The notes under the pieces are model-generated. The model was not told where the DNA came from, did not search any database, and saw nothing but the letters and a program-made list of their open reading frames with translations. 64,000 nt of DNA, from the NCBI GenBank assembly GCA_964188305.1, contig OZ076889.1. One strand, 5' to 3'. The stretch's first letter is position 1; each line of letters begins with the position of its first letter. A program made the translations under genes and the position numbers. Shown here piece by piece: positions 50,121-62,930 of the stretch. This DNA is from Podarcis bocagei (lineage: Eukaryota).

Positions 50121-50490
50121 TGAAATATACTCAGAGTCGCAAAGTGATTTCATGCTCTTTATTCAGCTCATAGTGGTGAGGAGGAATGAATGAATGTCCC
50201 CTCAAAGTATCTGCTTTATATACATTATTTACACAATGAGCTGCACATGATTGGTTAATTCTGGGATTCTACTGTAAGCCAATCAGGTTGTGGATTCACT
50301 TATATCTGGAGCATGATTGGGTGGTTCCTGCCAACCAATCATACTGCTGCATTGTTCTTAGACCAATCAGACTGCTGCATTCTGAATCCTATTGTTCTAG
50401 GACCAATCAGACTGCTGCAATTTGGATCCTATTGTTCTAGGACCAATCAGACTGCTGCAGTTTGGATCCTATTCAACTCAGTACATAACA
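50121..50490 (-). mobile_element. Solo LTR (370 bp), Gypsy/Copia/BEL-type
   Basis: Minus strand TGTTATGTAC...ATATTTCA; perfect 5-bp TSD AGACC; minus-strand TATA and AATAAA; ~39-bp tandem repeats containing ccaatcag. Confidence 0.9.
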
Positions 50491-50934
50491 AGACCCCCAG
50501 AACTTGGAGCCAGCACTACACTAATTTGAAACAAGCTGTTGAACTAGAATTTTATTCAGCAAGTCTGCGCTTGGGCTTTTATGATCGAGATGCAGCAGTA
50601 AGTCCTTGTTTGTCAGCGCTGCACTATTGATTCATATTCAGAGTATAATTAGCCGCTCTGTCATACACACCACTATACACACATAGTGTCTGGGACAGTT
50701 TTTGGCAAATGGACTCTGTTTTCCCTTCAAGGTTTGGCAAGTTCCCATTTAAAGAAGGAATGCTGAGTTTCTTTTCCCTCTGATATTTAAGCAGGAATTA
50801 ATGCCGAGAGGAGAGGCGGACCTGGAAAGGGTGATATTGTAGAGCAAATAGCTAGAATCAACATTTTGGCCCAATAAACAATAAGTCTAAGGCTGTGTAC
50901 ACACTATACCTCTAAAATACATGTGCTTTAAAGG

Positions 50935-51076
50935 CAGGGCTCCCCCCCAATAATGTTTAGGGGTACTCTCATTTTCCTACTCATATTGAAATACTGCCCC
51001 TCAATGAGGCCAAACTTAGATTCACAAAATGTTTAGGGGTATGCGTACCCCTGCGTCCCCCCAGAAAAAAGCACTG
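50935..51076. mobile_element. hAT MITE (142 bp)
   Basis: cagggct/agcactg ends; perfect 8-bp TSD tttaaagg. Confidence 0.85.
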
Positions 51077-52190
51077 TTTAAAGGTATAATGTGAATACAA
51101 CCTAAAACACATTGAGAAGGTTTAGATGCCGAACTGGTATATGGAGCCCATGGGAGAAATGATGCTGGGTGACTTGAGGAAAGGGGCTAATCAAGAGGGG
51201 ATAGCTGCCAACTTCTACAGTACAGCTCAAAGTCACAGCCTCTCTGGAGGTCTATCTCAGATGTAGGGGTTGTTTGTAACATATCACTTTTATTGACCTA
51301 GGTAAAGGCAGCTCTGTTTCAAGAAGCAGGCAAGTCACAGAGTGGACTTCAGCAGGAAGCTTCTAACTGTCTTTGTTTATTGATGCACACAGTGTATTTA
51401 TACTATAGACAGAGCCTGGGTTACTCCCAAATTGGAGAAGTTGTGTACAGGAGATGTGGGGGGGGGGTGAGGGCTTACCAAAGGGTATTGTGGAGGACAG
51501 AGAAAGGAGTTAAGGGTTGAAAACTAACAAAAACCACTGTGCAAAGGCAAAAAGGCTCCTGCATACACAGAAGTGACCCAGCTGGAGAGAGTGTCCCCTG
51601 GGAGCTTGCACTGAATTTGGATTGAAGATAAAAAGAGGCTTTCAAATAATCCAAAGTGTGACATTCTAAAATAGCTTCCCTAGCAAAGTTGTGAGAACAA
51701 AGGATCTAATTCATTTGAAAACTCAGCAGGGTGTATTTGAAAAATATTCCATGTGAGGTCTATCTGATGCTTCCACATTTTTTCCTGGTGCTTTCTTATT
51801 TACTCCCTGAAGTTTTAAAATATACACCCCCGCCATACATGTCTGCAACCAGCATAGCTGAAGCACCCAGCTTATGAACACTCAGCTTTTGGATGTGGTT
51901 TGACAGATCACAGGATTTCTCCAAGTGATGTTTAAAAATAAAAACCTACAGGAGTAAAATGGACTAATTTGGACTATTATTAACATTATTATAGTTATTA
52001 ATTTCATTTAAGAATTGCTTCCTATGAGGCATTCTGAATCAATATAAAATAGAATAGCAGCCATATATAAAACAGTTAAAACAACTGTATATATAAAAAC
52101 CATTTAAATAAAACAATTATAAATATACAAAACCAGTTTAATACAGCAAGAGAACCTACATAAAATCAATTCAAATTCAAGACAGATACC

Positions 52191-52361
52191 CAGTGCTTTT
52201 TATCCTGGGGGTACGTAGGGGTAGACATACCCTAAACATTTTGTGAATCTTCATACTTTTGTCCATTTACTGTATTTATTTTTCCCCATTTGAACTATAA
52301 TGGTGATTTTCTTGAGTCAAAATGAGAGTACCCCTAAAGATTTTTGTAGAAAAAAGCACTT
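52191..52361. mobile_element. hAT MITE of the same family as 50935-51076, inverted
   Basis: cagtgctttt/aaaagcactt ends; TSD cagatacc/cagatatc. Confidence 0.8.
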
Positions 52362-52762
52362 CAGATATCAGTGAGGATGACTATTTTATAAGGCTTGTTG
52401 AAGGAGGAATTTGAAACTACATGTTCACATAAGCGCATCTCTCTCTGTTAAAAATAAGAGCACACAGAAAGATACTTCTCCCACCCCCTTCCCCACAGAG
52501 AGGATAGCGCTAATATATTTTGTGGGGGTGGGTGTTGGCTGGATTACACCTAGCATTAGTAAAACATGGATAGCAGGTGGGGAGGAACCTCAGGCTTGGG
52601 GCTGAATGCAGGATTCTCCTCAAGCCAAAGCTCCTCCTCAGCCACACCCCCATTCTCCAGGCCACGCCCCTCACTGGTGCTGCTTTGTAACCTCTTTGAG
52701 GGGTTGCCTGGCTGGAATGTGCCTTTGAAGTCTCTTCATGCCTCTTACTTGTCAGGATGGAG

Positions 52763-52765
<3 letters not shown>

Positions 52766-52811
<46 letters not shown>
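52766..52811. repeat. (GT)n microsatellite
   Basis: Direct reading. Confidence 0.98.
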
Positions 52812-52814
<3 letters not shown>

Positions 52815-53747
52815 AAAACAAGCCTAGCGTACAAAGCTAAAAATTACATTAATTGCCCCACCCACTTTTGCCTTTGTCACCACGTGGTTCCTGGAAGGTT
52901 GCCCAGAAGTGAATGAGGCCTTCAGCTGAACATGGTTTGCCACCCTGACTTAACACTAAGTATGCATTTTAAATTTGTTTTAATATATACAGTATACAGT
53001 TATGCTCCTTGGTTCAGAAGCACACCAGAAACTTATTAACATGGCCAGAAAAGAAATGAAAGGATTGAGGCAGTAGTGGGTGTGGAAAGGAGAAGAGCAG
53101 AAATTGATGGTTGATCCTCCCACCCCAAAACACCAAAGCAAATTTTCTGTGACCCCTGAGTGGAGCAATTTGGAGCCCAATTTCCTCAACTTTTTGGATT
53201 ATCTCCATATTGGACAAAGTCAAATTTACAGGGGAAAGCATAGATTTTTGTGCTATTTGACTGCACAAATTAAGCAACCACACAGTAAATTCTGTGTGGA
53301 CAAGCCCTTAGTCTCTCTGTGGAACACACAATACTTACACATGCTACTGAGAGAGAAAGAAAGGACAAATACATCCACTCTCCACCCCAACAATGAGATG
53401 TGATTGCATATGTGAATACATTCTGGCAAAAGTTATGTCTGCCCAGCAAAGGATGCATCCCACAGCTCAGCATGTGAGAGTCTGTGTTCTGGCAGAGGGA
53501 ATGTGATCGCCAGCAATGTTTCGCCAGTTCTTTCTTGTGGTGAGTGCTGCTCTCTTCTGGTGAGGGTGCATACATGCACTTTCTGTCTCTATTTGCATAA
53601 AATTATCCAGGAAGTTATTGTGATTTTTCTATCTCTGCAGTTTCTTTCTCCAGGCAGGAAGGAAAAGATTCTGCTGAAAGCTTACTGAGCATGTAACCTG
53701 ACACAGAATGTTCCCTGGATAGTGTGGTACCTGCAATGAGCATGTGG

Positions 53748-53782
<35 letters not shown>
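53748..53782. repeat. (GTCT)n microsatellite
   Basis: Direct reading. Confidence 0.95.
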
Positions 53783-53940
53783 CATCATGGGTACAGTGAA
53801 GAAGTATTAGCAAAGGGAAATAATTATTGTGCATCAGATTGTTTTTACTCATATGTACAACTAAATACCATTTGTGGTAAGCAAATGCTACTTTCAGTAT
53901 TGATATCAACATATGGAACCCACATTGATAGGGTAGCCAT

Positions 53941-54121
53941 CATAGGAGCCAACTCCTAGGGGCTGAGGTCTCTTCGCGCCCCCCCCAAAATATTTCAGGG
54001 GCTCCCTGCCAAGTTGATGGGCGTTGCCATTCAAATGGTGTGTGTGTCTCATGTCTTGTGATTGATTATGTGGGGAGGGGCTTACCCGGACCCACCTATT
54101 TTATTCAAGTTGGCACTCCTG
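53941..54121. mobile_element. Degenerate hAT-like MITE
   Basis: ggagccaact / agttggcactcc inverted ends; approximate TSD gtagccat/gtggctat. Confidence 0.5.
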
Positions 54122-55149
54122 GTGGCTATGTGTCCTACTTTACAGAGGATGCTCCTCTATTTCCCACCCTGCACTTTTAATTACACCTGGAAAAGAACTG
54201 GCAGTCAGTAAAGTTGGAATAAAATCAGAGTGACATGATACGCCATAAAACTGACTCTCATAAAAAGCCTCATAACTTCAGTTTGAACTAGCTGCATTTT
54301 TGGGATGCTTTTTGAAAGCAGCCCTATATAGAACACATTGACATCTCAGTGTAACTAAGGGATGTGTTACCCTGACTAGTTTTGCTTTTTCCAGAAATCA
54401 GTGCAACTGGCATGATAACAGCTGGGCAAAAGTAGTCCTGGCCACAACAGCCATTCAGTAACCTAAACTAAAGCACTGGATCCAGGAGTGCCCAGTTGCA
54501 GAAGTCGGCTGCAAATTACTGCATAGACTCTGTGAGGAGTCTGCCCTCCTCCCCTCTCTCAGTTAACCACTGTCTCTTCAAATTATTGCATAGATTTTCC
54601 AGGGGGTCTGCCCTCCTCCCTTGGATTTTTCTCCTCCTTTGATGGACTACAGCTCTCATCACATCCTTTGCCTTTAACACAGATACTGGGGAATAAATTG
54701 TTTTGTCTGTTTAAATCAGACTGGATGTGTTTGATTTGTAGCTATTCTATGGAAATACCACTAAGATCACTTGTGGGAATAAATATTGTACTAAAATTCC
54801 TAACTTTTTTTAAAAAGGAAAACAGTTATGGCGATCATCCAGTTTAAGAATTTATGCAGCGTGCGTTAAGGGGAGGACGGAAAACATGCTGTAAGATTTT
54901 ACAGGCGCAGTAGCATTCCCTGCTTTTACCTATATTGTAAAATGTAGCTTCAACATACAGGCAGCCTTACTTTTTAGTAGCGATGCTCTGACATCGACTG
55001 AGGGGCGTTGCCTCTGTTTGCCATATTTGTATAGTGAAAATCGCATCAGAATTTGACGCAAACAAAGCAATCGCTATCTGCATTCTACTTTAGTGATATT
55101 AGTTTTACGGCTACTCTCCACCCTGTACTTTATCGTCAAAATTTTAGAA

Positions 55150-55560
55150 AGTTTTTTCCACTACAAGCGGGGAAACGGAACCAGCAAGTTCGAACTCTTG
55201 ACGCTAGCCGAGCCACAATTGGTGTTGCACGTTCGGACCCAAGTGGGAAACGATTCTCGGATAAACGGGGACCGGAAGTAGTACTGGGATTCCCGTATCG
55301 GCGCTGCACAACCGGTGTCCGCTGCTGCTGTTTAGGGTTGGTAGCGCGTGAAAGGAAAGCGTGAGGTACGGGGGAAGGGAAATGGGAATGTGCGTGAGGG
55401 ATACGCTGGGAGTTGGCACTGCGTAAGAAACCGTGAAGAGCGGGAAACTTGAGGCGCGCGGAGTTGATATACACGGTTTGGGGAGCCTGGGGACATTTGA
55501 GCGGGCTGCAGCGTATGTGGAGGAGAGCTGGGGGATGTATCTTTCATTAGTATCCGGTGT
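55150..55560 (+). promoter_or_regulatory. DMAP1: CpG-rich promoter and probable non-coding exon 1 of DMAP1
   Basis: Sharp local CpG enrichment; ETS/GABP motif ccggaagt ~55272; candidate donors C|gtgagg (55361) or GAG|gtacgg (55366); 2.3 kb upstream of the ATG exon. Confidence 0.75.
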
Positions 55561-55812
55561 CTTTTCCCTTGGGGCTCCGGAACTCCAGAGCTACCATAGG
55601 AAAAAGTCCACGCCAAAACATCATGAAAAACATATATTTGTCGAAATGTAACGCTATCTCAATACTATTCCAGAAATATTGTTCCATTCATAATGCAACA
55701 ATTCAGGCTGAAGATTGAACTCCCGAATTCCAACTAAGGCTGCCGTCTCAGCCCCACATGCTTGGGAGTAAGCTCCATTGAGTTTAGGAGGACTTCTGTC
55801 TGGGTAGACATA

Positions 55813-56054
55813 CAGTGGTACCTCGGGTTACATACGCTTCAGGTTACATACACTTCAGGTTACAGACTCCGCTAACCCAAAAATATTACCTCAGGTTAAG
55901 AACTTTGCTTCAGGATGAGAACAGAAATCGTGCTCTGATGGTGCAGCGGCAGCAGGAGGCCCCATTAGCTAAAGTGGTGCTTCAGGTTAAGAACACTTTC
56001 AGGTTAAGAACGGACCTCCGGAACGAATTAAGTACTTAACCTGAGGTACCACTG
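55813..56054 (+). mobile_element. Tc1/mariner-pogo type MITE, copy 4 (DMAP1 intron 1)
   Basis: TIRs and TA TSD; nested in an older palindromic repeat. Confidence 0.9.
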
Positions 56055-57534
56055 TAGTTAGGATTGCACTTGACGTTCTTATCAGGGAGCAGCGGGGTGA
56101 TCTAAACTGCAGCCAGGCAGTAGTGGGAGAGGACAGATGGGCAGAGACACTGCCTCCTCTGCAGCCCTGTTGTTCACAGTTGCTTGGGCAGAAGGCAAGA
56201 GGGCAGGCAGAAACCTGCTTTGGGAACTGCTATAGTTTTCAGGTCCGATGCCATCAAGTGACTGCAGGAGTGGACAAAGCAGCAAATAAAGTCCATGTTA
56301 TTGTGTGGGATATCTTTAGGCTCATTTTTAATAACAGGGATTAAGGTTTGTGCACGTATATTTCAGTGGCCCACTTTGCACATCTCATTATACCATAGCT
56401 TACAGCAAGTAATGGGCAGCATTCTGGTGCAAATGGACAAAAGTTCCCACAGCACTCCTACCCCATTCCTACCAGTGCTGTGCTGTGGATATGGCTCTAC
56501 ACAAAGCATGAGTGTACCTAAGATTTGTTGTGGTCACCCACTCATGTTTCGTTTGGAGAGCAACAAGCCACGAACCCAGGTTTGGATCACATAACTAGCC
56601 AGACCGTGACTTGTTTTGTCTGCAGTGCAGCAGGAACAGAGTAGGAATGCTGTGAGAATGTTTGAGCACTTGAAATGGATGTAGCCAGGATTTTTGTGGT
56701 GGGAGCAGGCCTCAGCTATGTATTTTTTTTGATTTAGAGGGGGCAGCTGCCCCCCTTGGTTACGCCCATGGCATTTGTTCACTTTAAACTATAGTTTGTT
56801 TTAAACTATGGTTTAATGTGACAAGCAAACCAGGCCAGTATCCCCTTCCCAATGCTTGTCTACCTCCATATTTTAGAATAGTTGTTTATAAACAGAATTT
56901 TATAAACAGAATTGTTTGTTATGATTTCTTAGTCAGCTTCTTTTTCTATTTTATGTCGCGTCTGGGCCTGGATACCATTATATAATGGACAGTGGATGCA
57001 AAGGAGCGCTTTTATTTAACTCTTGCTAATCAAGTTTGACACCAGGCATGTGTGTAGTCTACTAAAATTTCTAAATTTTGGTTTGGCTAGATTACATAGA
57101 TGTGACTATGTTTATTTTTTTTCCTGCTTCAGAGATTCAGGTTTTCAAATAATTTGTCTGCTTCTTTTGACATAGACTCTTAGGAGGGAATGGGAAGAAG
57201 ATTGATTTGTAGATAGACTTGTAGTGATAGAGATAGCGAGGAGCAACCATAGTAGACACAGACACATAGCTGACACGAAACGTCCATCCCCTAGGGGCAG
57301 TCTAGAAACCATGTTCTAGGATTCTAAGTCTTTATCAGATGCTGCCTGTGCTTTTCACATAATGTCAAATATCAGGTTCTGCAGTTTGGTGGAAAACACA
57401 TGGGTGCATGGAATAAACAAAGCTCTGGTCATTAGTCCCATGGGTATAAAAGTTTCATGTGCCTGCCAAGACTGTTGCAGGTGCTTGTATTTTCTGTAAG
57501 TTAACTGTATGGAGAAGAGAAAATTAATTCCTAA

Positions 57535-57577
57535 TAAGTAAGTAAGTGAGTAAGTAAGTAAGTAAGTAAGTAAGTAA
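57535..57577. repeat. (TAAG)n microsatellite
   Basis: Direct reading. Confidence 0.9.
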
Positions 57578-57703
57578 CAAGCAGTCTGTTGTATGTAGAG
57601 GGAGTCAACAAATTTCGCAGCTAATTTTGTTAAGGCTAGTCTGTATCCTTTTGGCTTTTACTTAATTTTTAATTATGCCTTGCTTTTTATTTCAGGTGAC
57701 AAA

Positions 57704-57805
57704 ATGACTACAGGAGCTGATGTCCGGGATATATTGGAACTGGGGGGCACAGAATCTGAGAACATAGGAACTATTAACAAAAAAGATATCATCAATTCTG
57801 ATAAG
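57704..57805 (+). CDS. DMAP1: DMAP1 first coding exon (exon starts at 57696)
   Basis: ttcag acceptor; MTTGADVRDILELGGTESENIGTINKKDIINSDK; AAG|gtac donor. Confidence 0.95.
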
Positions 57806-58860
57806 GTACAAAAGGGGTGAGGAAAGGGGATAGGAGGAGGAGAAGCTTTGTGCATGTAATTCTAAGCTATATGCATGCAACACGATCTTCTTTTTTTGGA
57901 TCTTGCCAGCGTGATTGCTGCATACAGCAATATTGTTTACCCTAATCTTGAACAAGTTGTGAGACTACTTGTCTTGAACAAGTTGTGAGACTACTCCTCT
58001 TAAAAAATAGAAATAAAAGATCAGATTATTTTTCTTTTTTGACATATAACACATTTTTCAGCATCCTCATTCTGTGCTGTCCCTATAGTTCTGCATTTGA
58101 GTGTCAAAAAAATTAATATCTCTGTACCTGCTGGTGAAAGCAATGTGGTATCACTTATTTCAATTTTGTTTAATCTGTATACAGCATAAAGCTGGAGTGC
58201 ATAATTTGAATGTCCTTTTTGGGCATAAGGAAAATAGCAATCCGTTCTACTTTTGGTAATGATATTTACATTTTGAATAATATTCTTTACACTTGGATTT
58301 GCAGGGTCTCAGGATACCTCTCAGACTATATTCACTGAAGGGCTCCTCTCTCTTGCTTTTTGCTGCTTCCTGTTTATATTTGTAGCATTGTTTACATTGT
58401 TGAGTATAAAAGAGAATCACACCTGCAGCAGAATGACAGAAATGTGGAGGGATGGGAGAATTAGGGAAAGTTTGCTTGTCTGCGGAACTTTGGGAGGTCT
58501 GGTTGACAACTGCAGGTATTTTCTGTCATCAAATAGAAATTGTGCTATCCTCTTAATCTTCACCTCCAGAATGTTCCTGCATTTTGAGAACTATGAGTAA
58601 AGTAGGAAGTGAAGACTTTGCAGGGAAGCAAAATACAAACAACATCCTCTTGCTGCTCATATGTTTTTGTACCAAGAGTTTAAGCTTGACTAAAGTTAGA
58701 TCAATAAAGCTGGATTGTGATGTTTTGAGGCATTGCATAGAAGAGAACAGATGCAATCTGTCAGATGTAAAAATCAGAATAAACAGGGACTGATGCTTAT
58801 ACTCCCACATAATTTTGGTGTTAAGATTGCACAGCCTTTGATAAAAACCTTATTTTTCAG

Positions 58861-58952
58861 AAAAAATCCAAGAAGTCATCAGAGACCCTCACATTTAAGA
58901 GACCAGAAGGAATGCACCGGGAGGTCTATGCTCTGCTGTACTCTGATAAAAA
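58861..58952 (+). CDS. DMAP1: DMAP1 coding exon 2
   Basis: KKSKKSSETLTFKRPEGMHREVYALLYSDK(K); 92 nt with AG/GT boundaries. Confidence 0.96.
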
Positions 58953-60344
58953 GTAAGTTTTGTTACCTGGATAGTTGGTGTTTTCCTTAAACCAGCCTCT
59001 CATCTCCTAGGTATTTGGCAGGTGAAAGCCTTGACAAGTCTGTTCTTGAAAATTTACTTTCTCCAGCTTTCGATAGTGTTTTTACCTTTAGCCCCTTCCT
59101 AGGATCTATGACTTGCTCTACTGGAAGTGCTGTTTCAGCATTTTTGATCTCCATGATCTAAATGTGTGAAGCCCTTTTGATATGTAAAAAATTCAGATGT
59201 TGAGGGCATGGAACTCTCCTTTTAAAAAGAATGTTGGGAAATACTGAACTATTTACTGTCTGGAAGAACTATAGTTTTTGATTCTGAATTTTCATTTTGG
59301 GTTCATGAACCTTAGACAATGGAAAGTTCACATGAATTGTAACAGATTTCTCAACTCTCACATGCTGTTTTGTTCCTTGAATTTATCTGTATTTTCAAAC
59401 TTTCACCTGTTTGTGGTAGAAGATGAAGGAGAATCAGAAGCAAGTAAGGGGCAAGAGATGTCAGAGGCTGGATTGTAGGAAGGCCGTGCTATTATGCCTT
59501 GCCTGAATAATGTTTTAGGAGCACTATGCTTCGTGGATTCCTAGATTGAATGAAAGAAGCAGATTTTCTGTATCCTGCAGTATTTGAAAGTGCATAACAG
59601 GAAACCATGGTTTTTCCATTATGAGAATGTGCTGTGATTAGCCTTTAGCTTGTATTTAACTTCTAAGAGGTCTCTTCTTTGCTATCAGGAAAAGTGACAC
59701 CTTAGAGGTGATTATAAGACCTACTTTTTGGGTTTTTTGGTTGGCTTTCTCATCTTTTGTAGAGGAACTGAACAGATGGGAATAAATGGTCACTAGAGCT
59801 AACCTTGCTGCCCAGTGAGCCTTTAATGATCCCACCAGCTCCATCTTTTATAGCTTCAAGCAAAGAGGCATCCTATTCCTGAAACATACTTGTTCTTGGG
59901 ATCTGTCCTAGGAGATCTTTGGACATGCTCTTTTTTTAAGGTCTAACAGTTCCATTTGTCCTTTTTTACACTTCATGCCAGTGAACATGAGCAGCAATTT
60001 GAGGAAGTGGAAAACCAGGCTCTGTGTCAGCAGCAGCTGCAAGCAGAGCTGCTACTAGCCAATGCACATCCAGGCTAAATAATGGGGGTGTGGGACTGAG
60101 TGCAGACTCTGTACCTCACTGGCCTATGTTCACGTAAGAGACTAATAAATTTTGACCCTCTTAGATCTGTGGAGCTTTGGGTTGTGTGCTGAGTGTGTAA
60201 GATCAATCTACAGTATACAGAATTGCCCTGGCTTTACACTGATCTTTAAGCATTCCTCAGAGATCATAGAAGGGGATTAAATATGCAAAATGAGCCTCAT
60301 GCTGACAGTAGGTTCCATTAATTTGTACCTTGTCTTTGTTTCAG

Positions 60345-60540
60345 GGATGCACCTCCCCTTCTTCCAAGTGACACAACGCAGGGCTACCGCACAGTTAAGG
60401 CAAAGCTGGGATCTAAGAAAGTGCGGCCTTGGAAGTGGATGCCTTTCACCAACCCTGCTAGGAAGGATGGGGCCATGTTTTACCACTGGAGGAGGGCAGC
60501 AGAAGAGGGCAAGGATTACCCTTTCGCCAGATTTAACAAA
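60345..60540 (+). CDS. DMAP1: DMAP1 coding exon 3
   Basis: DAPPLLPSDT...KKVRPWKWMPFTNPARKDGAMFYHWRR...YPFARFNK; 196 nt, phase-compatible. Confidence 0.96.
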
Positions 60541-61466
60541 GTATGAAGGATTGATCAGAGCTTGTATTAAGTATGAAGGCTTGAACAGAGCTTGTGAAAT
60601 GGGAGTGAGTGGATAAATTTGTGCCAAAGTATCTCAAAGGACATCTCCAAATACCCTCTTTCTTTCACTTGCTATCTCTAGGGTTAATTCCCATATCAAC
60701 TTCAGAAGTGTAAGACTGATTCTGGTATCACAGGACATTAAACTCTGCAGTATTCTTTAACTTTTTTTAAATACTTGAGTCCTGTGGGGTGTGTGCTACT
60801 TATCAGCGTCCACACTGAAAGTCCTGATTTGGAAGGCATCTAAGTAACATTGGGTAGTGCCTCAAAGCCACAAATTAAAGTTAGCATGAAAAGGTCACAA
60901 AAAGTTAGCTACTTTTCACTTAGGAGCGTGCAGGTGTGAACACACACACAAACACACAAAATTATGTGAGGTCAGATTGGCAGATGAACATCTGTGGCTG
61001 TTCATATCTTTAGTCTAAGGAGATAGCATTCAGTAAAGGTGCAATTGCCCCCAAGATTGAGGGGGCCCGCCATGTGTGACATCACATGCAATGTTGCATC
61101 GTCTGGAGGAGACCAAGTGCTCTGAAGGAACCGGCCACTAAAGCTGCGCCACATTTGGCTGTGTGCTCAGCCTCCTCTGCCCCGTAAACATTGGGGGCCC
61201 AGCACTGAGTAACAGATAAAACGAATGGATGGAACTAGCGGCCCCCATTTTATCATTTGGGTGGCAGCAAAGATGGGATGTGGGAAATAAAGCTTACATT
61301 TTGAAGTTACTTGTGATTGGGGCATAGAAGAGGGCAACTGGATTTCTTTCCTGTGAAATCATGGGTTTGTTTTACCTCAAAGTAATCCTGCTAGAGGAAA
61401 CAATCCTGCATGAGGGGGAGCATGTTGTGCCAGCCGTCTCATTCAGTCTGTTCTTTCCTTCTGCAG

Positions 61467-61625
61467 ACAGTGCAAATTCCAATTTACTCAGAACAGGAGT
61501 ATCAGATGTACCTTCATGATGATGCTTGGACCAAAGCTGAAACCGACCACCTCTTTGACTTATCCAGATGGTTCGATCTTCGCTTTGTGGTCATTCATGA
61601 CCGTTATGACCACCAGCAATTCAAA
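61467..61625 (+). CDS. DMAP1: DMAP1 coding exon 4 (start of SANT/Myb-like domain)
   Basis: TVQIPIYSEQEY...WTKAETDHLFDLSRWFDLRFVVIHDRYDHQQFK; 159 nt. Confidence 0.96.
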
Positions 61626-62289
61626 GTAAGTGCCTGTCAGCTAATACCGTCTACAGTAAAGTTGCCATGGTGCAGTTTGTTGAATAAAACTTATTTCCAG
61701 TTTAAGGATCTGCAGACATGGACAATGCAGTGTGCAGGTTAAAATAATACATGCCTGTTAAGGGTTCCTGAATTCTCTTCCTGAAGTTTTGTGTGAAATA
61801 TTATAAGCACCAGCTGTGTTGGGTAAGAGACTTACAAAAGCAAGGAAAAGCTGGGTTGTTAAGCTCTGAGAGGCATCTCAACAGTGTGTATTTGAAGGTG
61901 GGATGGCTAGGACAGAATAGGGATTCTGTTGGTGTACTACCCACCCTGTCACTCAACAGTCTCATTTCTAGCAGGGGTACTCTTGGTGTTGGACTCCTCT
62001 CAGCTTGTTGTGCTGGAGAACTTCAACATTTATGCTGATGCCTTGTCAGGACTGGCTCAGGTTTTCATGGCTGCCATGACAACCATGAGTCTGTCCTAAG
62101 TAATCTGGCCCTACCCATGCTGCAGGACACATTCTGGACTTGGTTTTCTGTGCTGGATTGAATTATGGTGATCTTAGCGTGGAGGACAGTGTTAGTTCCA
62201 CTGTCATGGACTTGCTGGAGCTCATAATCTTAGTGGGTGTCTGGGTGTGATTAAGATAGTCCACCCTAGGAGGCAAGGTATCTGGAGTG

Positions 62290-62930
62290 TGTGTTGGCAT
62301 CTCAGATCATGGATGAGACAGATTATCTAGATCTGTTTCAATCTGGTTTCAGGCCTGGTTATGGGAGAGAGATGGCTTTGGTTGCCTTGGTGGATGACAT
62401 GCCAGGAACTGGACAGAGGGAGTGTGTCCCTTTTGGTTCTTCTGGACTTTTCAGCAGCTTTCAATACCAACCTTGGATGCCTTGTTGGAATGCAGCTTGG
62501 AGACACTGTTTTACAATGGCTTTGTTTCTTCTTGGAGGGGTGAACCTAGAAGGTGGTGCTGGAGGACTCCTGTTTGACACATTGGCTGTTGACCTTTGGG
62601 GTCTCTCAAGGTTGTGTTCTGTCCCCCATGCTCTTTAACATTTACATGAAACTGCTGTGAGAGGTTGTCTGGAGTGTTGAAGTTCAGTGTCACCAGTATG
62701 CTGTTGACACCCTGCTCTATTTCTCCTTTCCACCTAAATTCAAGGAAGTTGTCTTGATTCTAAACTAGTGTCTGTCATCAGTGAGGGTGAACAAATAGAA
62801 ACTTAATCCACACAAAACAGAGGTGCTCCTGGTCAGTCAAAAGGCTGTGCTGGATGGAGTTGTACTCTCCCTGTAGACATATGTTTGCAGTTTGCGTGTG
62901 GGTGTGCTCCTTTATTCAGCCCTGGGCCCT
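62290..62930 (+). mobile_element. Decayed L2-clade LINE RT fragment in a DMAP1 intron
   Basis: YLDLFQSGFRPGYG..ALVALVDD, LVLLDFSAAF, QYA(D)D-like and KLNP.KTE motifs. Confidence 0.85.

Noticed and set aside
1-55000. KLF17-type zinc-finger exons expected from mammalian synteny
   Set aside because: No C2H2 zinc-finger coding sequence was seen in the window.
55053-55616. Divergent gene at the DMAP1 promoter
   Set aside because: The ORFs reflect CpG-island composition, and no recognisable minus-strand exons were found upstream.
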